Shown here one piece after another: positions 7,841 through 14,736 of a stretch of DNA of 16,258 bases (the first letter of the stretch is position 1; the number at the start of each line of letters is the position of its first letter). The notes under the pieces were generated by a model that saw only the letters and a program-made list of their open reading frames with translations, made no database searches and was not told where the DNA came from. The stretch comes from Candidatus Wukongarchaeum yapensis (GTDB taxonomy: Archaea > Asgardarchaeota > Wukongarchaeia > Wukongarchaeales > Wukongarchaeaceae): the NCBI GenBank assembly GCA_016840425.1, contig JAEOSI010000027.1:1-16258 (forward strand), written 5' to 3'. Position numbers and translations under genes: made by a program.

Positions 7841-8995
7841 TTGAAGTTGTATGAGTTTGAGGCTAAGGGGATTTTGAGAGAGTTTGGAGTGGCTGTTCCT
7901 CGTAGTAAGCTTGTAAGTTCTGTTGATGAGGTTTTTTCTGTTGCAAAAGAGTTTGGTTCTTGTGTTGTTAAAGCACAAGTTCTAGCAGGGGGTAGGGGTA
8001 AAGCTGGCGCTGTTAGATCCGCTCTAACTCCCGAGGAAACGGTGAAAATAGCTGAAAAACTGTTAAAAAAGGAAGTGCTTGGAGAAATCGTTGAAAAACT
8101 TCTTTTAGAAGAAAAAATCGATATTTTAAACGAACTTTATGTAGCAGTCACCGTGGATACTTTTCAAAGAAAACCCTTAATTTTAATCGGATTAAAGGGA
8201 GGAGTTGATGTCGAAGCCTTCGCCAGTGAAGTGTTTAAACTCTCTCTGGAGTCTTGGTCTGAAAATAAACACTCTTCCAAAAAGATAGAAGAGTTTGTGG
8301 AAACGCTTTTTCAAAAAACCCTTATAGATCCTCGTGTTGCGATGGAAGAGTTTAAAAAAACCTTGTTGTCTATGTGGGAGTTGGCTTTAAAATACGATTG
8401 CGAACTTGTTGAGATAAACCCGTTAGCCCTGTCTGAAAAAGGTTTAGTGGCTTTAGATGCAAAAATCTTGGTCGATGATAATGCCCTTTTCAGACAAACA
8501 AAGATTAGAAAGCAGGCACAAAAACGAGCTCGGGAAATACTTGAAGCTGAAGCTGAAAAAGCAGGCTTTTCTTTCGTTCTACTTCAAGGAGATATTGGTG
8601 TCATAGGTAATGGTGCTGGTTTGGTAATGGGCACCTTAGACCTTGTCAAGGATATGGGAGGAAATCCCGCGTGTTTTGTAGATATAGGTGGAGGTGCAAG
8701 TCCTGACCAAGTTAAAAAAGCTTTGGAGTTTGTGTCAAGAATATCGGGATTGAAAGTGATACTTGTAAACGTTTTTGGCGGTATTACAAGGTGTGATGAA
8801 ATAGCCGAAGGCATAGTAGAGTGGCTACAAGAACTTAAATCCCAAGAAAAACCCATTTTACCCCTTGTGTGTAGGCTTACCGGAACAAAAGAAAAAGAAG
8901 GTCAAAAAATCCTAAAAAAAACAGGAATAGAAGTTGAAACAAACACGGAAAAAGCAGTAATAAAAGCTACAAAACTATCAAAAAAAGAAATGTAA
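7841..8995 (+). CDS. sucC: Succinyl-CoA synthetase (succinate--CoA ligase family) beta subunit
   Basis: MKLYEFEAK, VVKAQVLAGGRGKAG, EINPL, ALDAKI, DDNALFRQ, GNGAGL, DIGGGA, VNVFGGITRCD; TTG start after GGTGG. Acyl substrate not provable from sequence. Confidence 0.9.
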   Translation: MKLYEFEAKGILREFGVAVPRSKLVSSVDEVFSVAKEFGSCVVKAQVLAGGRGKAGAVRSALTPEETVKIAEKLLKKEVLGEIVEKLLLEEKIDILNELYVAVTVDTFQRKPLILIGLKGGVDVEAFASEVFKLSLESWSENKHSSKKIEEFVETLFQKTLIDPRVAMEEFKKTLLSMWELALKYDCELVEINPLALSEKGLVALDAKILVDDNALFRQTKIRKQAQKRAREILEAEAEKAGFSFVLLQGDIGVIGNGAGLVMGTLDLVKDMGGNPACFVDIGGGASPDQVKKALEFVSRISGLKVILVNVFGGITRCDEIAEGIVEWLQELKSQEKPILPLVCRLTGTKEKEGQKILKKTGIEVETNTEKAVIKATKLSKKEM

Positions 8996-9076
8996 AAAAT
9001 ATCACCTCTTAAGAAAAGAAAAAGAAGCAGAAATATCAATTATCGCACATACACTTTTTCTAATTTCGTTTAAAAA

Positions 9077-9090
9077 GAAAGGTTTTTTAT
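9077..9090 (+). promoter_or_regulatory. Putative BRE/TATA promoter of the Hsp20 gene
   Basis: GAAAGG followed by TTTTTTAT about 23-30 nt upstream of ATG 9113. Confidence 0.45.
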
Positions 9091-9124
9091 CTTGCGATTT
9101 CTCGCCCTTAAAATGGTGTTTTCT

Positions 9125-9421
9125 ATGTCTGAAGTAACAAAACCTACAATAGCGCCAACAGTGTTTGCAGATCATGATAATGAAAACTACTACATTCAGA
9201 TTGAATTACCAGGTGTAAAGAAAGAAGATATCGAACTAGAAGTCAGTGAACAAGGTTTCTGCATTAAAGGACCAAGGGAAGATATCGAGTTTTCATGTTG
9301 CTATCAATTAGCCCACGAGGTGGTCCATACAAGGGCTAAAGCCAAATTTGAGAACGGTTTGCTAGATGTCGTCATACCACTAACACACCCTGTATCAGGA
9401 ATAAGAGTGAAAATAGATTGA
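9125..9421 (+). CDS. Small heat-shock protein (Hsp20/alpha-crystallin domain), minimal form
   Basis: IQIELPGVKKEDIELEV and AKAKFENGLLDVVIP signatures plus a C-terminal V-x-I motif; start ATG 9125 (GGTG upstream) or 9113; ORF track starts at TTG 9092. Confidence 0.9.
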   Translation: MSEVTKPTIAPTVFADHDNENYYIQIELPGVKKEDIELEVSEQGFCIKGPREDIEFSCCYQLAHEVVHTRAKAKFENGLLDVVIPLTHPVSGIRVKID

Positions 9422-9640
9422 AAGAGAGAAAATTCGCCAATATTTGACATAAACACATACTTTTTCCTTTTTTTCAAATTTTTGAAGATATTTAACATCA
9501 TGCTTTTACCTTAAGGTTTTGCAATTCGAGAGCTTTATTTATTTCAAATAGAAATGAAACTAATTCTCAATAACTTTTTTATTTCAAATTTTATCAACAA
9601 TAAGCTAACAAAAACAATTAAAACAAATTTTAAAGTTTTA

Positions 9641-9647
9641 AGGAGGG
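9641..9647 (+). promoter_or_regulatory. Shine-Dalgarno sequence upstream of the inferred sucD start
   Basis: AGGAGGG ending 8 nt before ACG 9656. Confidence 0.6.
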
Positions 9648-9655
9648 TTCCTAAA

Positions 9656-10528
9656 ACGGGAATTATTATCCATGAAAATACAAAAGTCCTAGTGCAAGGT
9701 ATAACGGGGAGACAAGGAAGGTTTCACACAAAACTTATGCTAGAATATGGTACAAAAGTAGTGGCAGGAGTTACTCCAGGCAAGGGAGGGGAAACAGTTC
9801 ACGGAGTCAAGGTTTATGACACGGTAAAAGAAGCGATGATGGAAAGTAATAATGTTAATACTTCCATTGTTTTTGTGCCTTCTCCTTACTGTTTAGAAGC
9901 GGTAAAAGAAGTTCTCATCGAAGGAATAAAACTCGTTGTAGTAATAACAGAACACTTACCTTTGTGGGACGCTTTAAATATGGTAAACATTGCTGAGGAA
10001 AAAGGAGCAAGAATCATTGGCGCAAACACTCCAGGAATAATAAACCCAAAAGCAAAGTGTAAAGTAGGCATCATGCCAAACAAAATAAACATCCAAGGAA
10101 ACATAGGTGTGGTAAGCCGTTCAGGCACCCTCTCCTACGAAATAATATTCTCCCTTTTAGAGGAAGGGCTTGGAATCAGCACATTCATCGGCATAGGCGG
10201 TGACAAAATCCACGGAACAAACTTTACTGAAGCTCTCTCCCTCTTTGAAAAAGACAAAGACACCGAAAAAATAGTCATGATAGGCGAAGTAGGAGGAGAA
10301 GAAGAAGAAAAAGCCGCCGACTACATAAAAGAAAACATATCAAAACCCGTAGTAGCATACATTGCCGGAAAATACGTTCCAAAAGGCGTTAAAATGGGTC
10401 ACGCAGGAGCAATAATAGAAGGAGAAAAAGGAACAGCAGAAAACAAAATCAAACAACTAACAAAAGCAGGAGTAAAAATCGCAAAAACCCCAAAAGAAAC
10501 CGCCAAACTATTACAAAAAACTAAATAA
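9656..10528 (+). CDS. sucD: Succinyl-CoA synthetase alpha subunit
   Basis: ENTKVLVQGITGRQGRFHT, VVAGVTPGKGG, VVITEHLP, SRSGTLSYE, IGIGGD, IGEVGG and MGHAGA (phospho-His). Start inferred at ACG 9656; ORF track start is 9554. Confidence 0.92.
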   Translation, partial: TGIIIHENTKVLVQGITGRQGRFHTKLMLEYGTKVVAGVTPGKGGETVHGVKVYDTVKEAMMESNNVNTSIVFVPSPYCLEAVKEVLIEGIKLVVVITEHLPLWDALNMVNIAEEKGARIIGANTPGIINPKAKCKVGIMPNKINIQGNIGVVSRSGTLSYEIIFSLLEEGLGISTFIGIGGDKIHGTNFTEALSLFEKDKDTEKIVMIGEVGGEEEEKAADYIKENISKPVVAYIAGKYVPKGVKMGHAGAIIEGEKGTAENKIKQLTKAGVKIAKTPKETAKLLQKTK

Positions 10529-10561
10529 GTCAAATTCGCGAAGCAAAGCTTTTAGGGGTAA

Positions 10562-11023
10562 TCATCCTTCAAGAACTACTTGTATGAGTTCATCTATACT
10601 TTGAAGGCTTAAGACAGAAACGGTTAAAATCCTTTTTAAAATCTCTCCAATTACCGTCAATCTTTCTTCTATGGCGGGGGGCAGAGATTTAGCGTTAAAA
10701 ACCAAAGTAAAATAATCTTCCTTATAAAGAACCATATAAACAACTATGTACTCATCGTTAAAAAAGGAGATCTTCAATTTATTAGATTCAGATTTCGTCT
10801 CCTTTAATAAATGATAAGCATCCTCAATTAAACGTAAAGATCCATGAGGTCTATCGCTTATTACAGTAAGAGGTAACACTTCATCATCTACAACAACGAT
10901 ATCTTTAGCCCTCAAAACACCCTTAATTGTCTTAAGGAAGTTTGTAAGAACTTTTTCACGTGACTTTGCATACTTACGAATTGTCTCTCTATCCAAAACC
11001 TCTTCGCTCAACGTTATTACCAT
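10562..11023 (-). CDS. Hypothetical protein, possible Roadblock/longin/profilin-like fold
   Basis: Residue pattern suggests helix - two strands (DIVVVD, LPLTV) - helix - three strands (KISFFN, IVVYMV, YFTLVF) - helix. The fold call is inference. Confidence 0.55.
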   Translation of the reverse strand: MVITLSEEVLDRETIRKYAKSREKVLTNFLKTIKGVLRAKDIVVVDDEVLPLTVISDRPHGSLRLIEDAYHLLKETKSESNKLKISFFNDEYIVVYMVLYKEDYFTLVFNAKSLPPAIEERLTVIGEILKRILTVSVLSLQSIDELIQVVLEG

Positions 11024-11076
11024 ATAAATATACCCATTATTATTTTATATCGTTTTAGTTTTAACCTCCCCTATTT

Positions 11077-11577
11077 TTATAGCCCTCCCTCTGAGGGAGT
11101 TTGATTCAAGTTTTCAACGATTTTCAGCAACTCTTTAAAAGAGTTTATCACAAAGTCCGGTTCTTCCTCAGGAGAAGAAGGTTCTTCCAAGTATCTTGAG
11201 TTCCATCTCAAGAGGATGCTTTCCATGCCCGTTTTATTCGCTCCAAGGATATCTGTGCTTATCTTGTTCCCTACAAAAACAACTTCTTCAGGTTTAAGCG
11301 AAAGCGTTTCTAAAACAAAATTAAAGATTGAGACATCAGGTTTTCCTACCCCAAAAGACTTTGAAGCAATAACATAGTCAAAAAAATGAAGAAGCCCCAA
11401 CCTTTCCATAATCCATTCAATGTCCTCTGTTGTAGAAGTAGTAGTGTTACTTATTACGGCAAGCTTATACCGCCCTTTAAGCTTCTCCAAAACCTCTTCA
11501 GCACCATCAAGAGGCTGAAAACTCTCCTCATCGATCAAAGTATCTCCCAAATCAAAGAAAATCCCTTTTAGCTGCAT
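11077..11577 (-). CDS. HAD-superfamily hydrolase, essentially capless
   Basis: Motif I FFDLGDTL, motif II VISNT, motif III GKP, motif IV VGNKISTDILGA; start placed at ATG 11577 after GAGGAG (ORF track 11616). Confidence 0.88.
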   Translation of the reverse strand: MQLKGIFFDLGDTLIDEESFQPLDGAEEVLEKLKGRYKLAVISNTTTSTTEDIEWIMERLGLLHFFDYVIASKSFGVGKPDVSIFNFVLETLSLKPEEVVFVGNKISTDILGANKTGMESILLRWNSRYLEEPSSPEEEPDFVINSFKELLKIVENLNQTPSEGGL

Positions 11578-11748
11578 CAAAACTACTCCTCGCAAAATCC
11601 AAGAGATCTGAAACAAAAAACAAGATAAAGATTACTTTTAAACTTTAAACGCACAAGTTTTATAACCATTGATATATTTATTAGGTTTTTCGAAAACCTT
11701 TCCTACCTTTAAAAGTCTCTTTTTATAAAAACTCTTGTTTTCTCTTCC

Positions 11749-12564
11749 TTATATTGTCTGTTTTTTAAAGGCCCAGCAAGCAAGAGAGAGCAAGATTACA
11801 GCAAAAAAGCCAAGATACACAAAGGAAAGGAAAAGCCCTATATTTGCATGAGAGGAGCCCCATAATACATCAAAGTTTGCCGCTTTTTCGCCGATTAGGT
11901 AGTAGCGTATAATGCTTACTACGTGGGTTATAGGGCTATACTTTGCGAATTCTTGCAAACCTTGTGGAAGAAATACTATAGGGTATATTGCGCCACTAAC
12001 AAAGAATAAGGGCATTGCTGTTAACTGCATAACACCTTGAAATCCTTCAAAACTTTCAATTTTTGCCGCTATTGCTGCCGTTAAACCGAAAAGTCCTAAA
12101 GACACTAAGATGATGGCAAAAAGCATGGGCAAGATTTTGTAAAGACTAAGCTCAAATTTGGCTCCTATAGCTAAAGCTAATAACAGTACTAGAATTGCTT
12201 GGAATAAGCTCCGAGTAGCTATTCCTGCCCCATTGCCCAGTGGTATTGTTGAACGTGGTATGGGTGCAACAAGAAACTCCTTCATCATCCCAAATTCTTT
12301 ATCAAAAAGGAGGGTCATTCCTCCAAAAAGACTGCTAAACAGAACAGTCATAGTGATAACTCCACATGCTAAATAAGTTAAATAATCATATTCCGCCCCA
12401 AAAGGGCTACCTCCCAAAATATTATTAAAGGTCTTACCAAGTACCACCATCCATAAAATCGGCTGAACAATCATGCTTATAATAATCGACCTACGCCTAA
12501 CGCTAATTCTCAAAATCCGCTTATAAATCGGTAAAAAACCATTTAAAAACTTCTCGAAAACCAT
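11749..12564 (-). CDS. ABC-2 type (DrrB-like) exporter permease
   Basis: About six hydrophobic segments; DKEFGMMKEFLVAPIPR, FFVSGAIYPI and SPITH motifs; adjacent to its ATPase; ATG 12564 preceded by GGTGAT (ORF track 12576). Confidence 0.92.
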   Translation of the reverse strand: MVFEKFLNGFLPIYKRILRISVRRRSIIISMIVQPILWMVVLGKTFNNILGGSPFGAEYDYLTYLACGVITMTVLFSSLFGGMTLLFDKEFGMMKEFLVAPIPRSTIPLGNGAGIATRSLFQAILVLLLALAIGAKFELSLYKILPMLFAIILVSLGLFGLTAAIAAKIESFEGFQGVMQLTAMPLFFVSGAIYPIVFLPQGLQEFAKYSPITHVVSIIRYYLIGEKAANFDVLWGSSHANIGLFLSFVYLGFFAVILLSLACWAFKKQTI

Positions 12565-12616
12565 CAAAATCACCACAAAAACGCGCTAAAATCCCTTAAA
12601 ACCTAGAACCTTCATA

Positions 12617-13636
12617 TTAGCTTCGTGAAAGCTTTTTTATAACAAAATGCTTCTTAATGCCTTCAGATCCCGATGCTTCCTCTTCTCTAATTTCTCTACC
12701 GGTATAAGCAATAAAAACATCATCTAAAGAAGGCTTTTTTAAACTAATACTCAAAGCATTATAACCTGTCTCTTCAAGCTTTCTAATAATTTTAGGCAAG
12801 CTTTTATCGCTCTCTGCAATCGTCAACTCTAAACCGTTATCTTGTTTCACGATCACGTTTTTAATATAATTCTCAGGCTTAAAAGCAGAAATAGCTAGCC
12901 CAACATCGCCCTCCCCTGTTATTTTGACTACATCCCCTCCAAGACTGTTTATAAGCTCAGAAGGAGAGCCTGTCGTGACAATTTTACCATAATCGATTAT
13001 GGAAAGCCTTTCACAAAGGTGTTCCGCCTCGTCAAGATAATGGGTTGTAAGAAACACAGTAACACCCTGCTCCTTGTTAATTAATTTTATGTAGTCCCAA
13101 ATGTGGAACCTAGTCGTCGGATCAAGGCCTAAAGTAGGCTCATCAAGGAAAAGGATTTCTGGTCGTGTAACAAGGCCTCTTGCTATCTCAAGACGCCGTC
13201 TCATGCCCCCAGAGTACGCCCTAACCAAATCTTTCGCCCTAGCAGTTAAACTAACAAGTTCTAATAACTCTTTAATTCTCTCCTTTGCTATCTCTTTTTT
13301 TACCCCCCAAAGCCTCGCATGAAGCATCATATTCTCATAACCAGAGTACCTATCTTCCAAAACGGAATCTTGAAAAACTATTCCTATGCGCCGACGGACT
13401 TCATCAGGATGCTTAACAACATCAAAACCGCTAACTATAGCTTTGCCAGAAGTAGGCTTTAGGAGGGTGGTCAACATATTGACCGTGGTAGTTTTACCAG
13501 CCCCATTAGGCCCAAGAAATCCGAAAATTTCACCCTTCCTAACCCCCATATCAACTTGATCAACCGCTTTTATCGTCTTGTTAAATACCTTTGTCAACTT
13601 TTCCGTAACTATTATATCCTCTAGCAAAGCAAACAT
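12617..13636 (-). CDS. ABC-2 type (DrrA-like) exporter ATP-binding subunit
   Basis: Walker A GPNGAGKTT, signature YSGGMRRRLEIA, Walker B LFLDEPT, TTHY switch, C-terminal SLDDVFIAYTG. Confidence 0.95.
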   Translation of the reverse strand: MFALLEDIIVTEKLTKVFNKTIKAVDQVDMGVRKGEIFGFLGPNGAGKTTTVNMLTTLLKPTSGKAIVSGFDVVKHPDEVRRRIGIVFQDSVLEDRYSGYENMMLHARLWGVKKEIAKERIKELLELVSLTARAKDLVRAYSGGMRRRLEIARGLVTRPEILFLDEPTLGLDPTTRFHIWDYIKLINKEQGVTVFLTTHYLDEAEHLCERLSIIDYGKIVTTGSPSELINSLGGDVVKITGEGDVGLAISAFKPENYIKNVIVKQDNGLELTIAESDKSLPKIIRKLEETGYNALSISLKKPSLDDVFIAYTGREIREEEASGSEGIKKHFVIKKLSRS

Positions 13637-13678
13637 CCCACCAAAACTAAAAGCAAATAATAAACATAGTTACATATG

Positions 13679-13692
13679 AAATAAAGCTTTTA
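13679..13692 (-). promoter_or_regulatory. Putative BRE/TATA promoter of the ABC operon
   Basis: Minus strand reads TAAAAGC-TTTATTT about 45 nt upstream of the ATG; same AAAGCTTTA core as the cofG promoter. Confidence 0.45.
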
Positions 13693-13846
13693 GGAAAAAT
13701 AGGCTTAATTTCCAAAAAAAGGGTTAAAGCCTCTGTTCAAAAACATACTTTTACTTTTTTAATATAAGTTGTTGAGCTTTAAAAATCAAACCTTTTATAT
13801 TTTATTATTAAAAAAAGAAGAGGTAGTTTATTGGGTTTTCTTTTTT

Positions 13847-14734
13847 TTAGATGAGCATGTTTAGGACTGGTTCTATGTCTATTTTGGTTATATCGTGTTT
13901 TACTAGGGGTTTTTCGGCTATTTGTGGGTTTTCATCTTCATAGGTAGGCCTTGTTTCTTTATAGAATATGCCTATGGGGATCTTTTCATTGTTCGTTTTT
14001 TCCCATTCAAAGGCTTTTTCAAAAGCTGCATCTTTATCAGTGAAATCATGGTCTGTTTCTTCTAGCTTATAGACACGGTCGTTAAACCAATCATAGGTAT
14101 TCACGCGATTAAAGGTGACACAAGGCTGTAACACGTCGATGAGGGCGAACCCTTTATGTTTTATACCTTCTGTTATTAACTCCGCAAGGTGTCTATTGTC
14201 TCCTGCATAACCCCTTGCTACAAAAGTTGCATCAGAAGAGAGCGCCAAAGCGATAGGATTAATAGGCAACTCGATTACGCCTTCCGGCGTAGATTTGGTT
14301 TTAAATCCTTTAAGACTCGTAGGGGAAGTTTGCCCGGTTGTAAGACCATAAACTTGGTTATTATGAACAATACAAGCAACATCTAAGTTTCTTCGTATGG
14401 AGTGAATCAAATGACCAAGACCTATACCATAACAATCACCATCACCGGCATGTACAATCACAGTTAATTCATGATTTGAAAGCTTTATCCCAGTAGCTAC
14501 AGGCAAAGTCCTACCATGGAGTGCATGAAAACCGTAACTAACAACCCACTGTGGCAACTTTCCAGAACAACCTATACCTCCAATTAAAACGACATCTTTC
14601 GGGTCAAGTTCCAAGTTCACCAAAGAATGCCTAATAGCCGTTATAATACCGAAATTACCACACCCTGGACACCAGTTAGGCAAGCCACCATTGTAACCAA
14701 ACTTATACTTAAAATCACTAATCTTGAGACCCAT
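13847..14734 (-). CDS. 2-oxoacid:ferredoxin oxidoreductase beta subunit (KorB-like)
   Basis: WCPGCGNFG, GIGCSG, HGRTLPVATG, TPP motif GDGD, NNQVYGLTTGQTSPT, DVLQPCVTFN; preceded by AGGAGG within the alpha 3' end. Confidence 0.95.
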   Translation of the reverse strand: MGLKISDFKYKFGYNGGLPNWCPGCGNFGIITAIRHSLVNLELDPKDVVLIGGIGCSGKLPQWVVSYGFHALHGRTLPVATGIKLSNHELTVIVHAGDGDCYGIGLGHLIHSIRRNLDVACIVHNNQVYGLTTGQTSPTSLKGFKTKSTPEGVIELPINPIALALSSDATFVARGYAGDNRHLAELITEGIKHKGFALIDVLQPCVTFNRVNTYDWFNDRVYKLEETDHDFTDKDAAFEKAFEWEKTNNEKIPIGIFYKETRPTYEDENPQIAEKPLVKHDITKIDIEPVLNMLI

Positions 14735-14736
14735 AT

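Noticed and set aside
9046-9467. Similar CACATAC(AC)TTTTTC words on both sides of the Hsp20 gene as a possible target-site duplication
   Set aside because: Imperfect match, a related word occurs near 13743, and T-tract terminators explain them more simply.
9554-9655. 34-aa N-terminal extension of SucD in the ORF track
   Set aside because: Low-complexity AT-rich translation that includes the ribosome-binding site; homology begins at codon 35.
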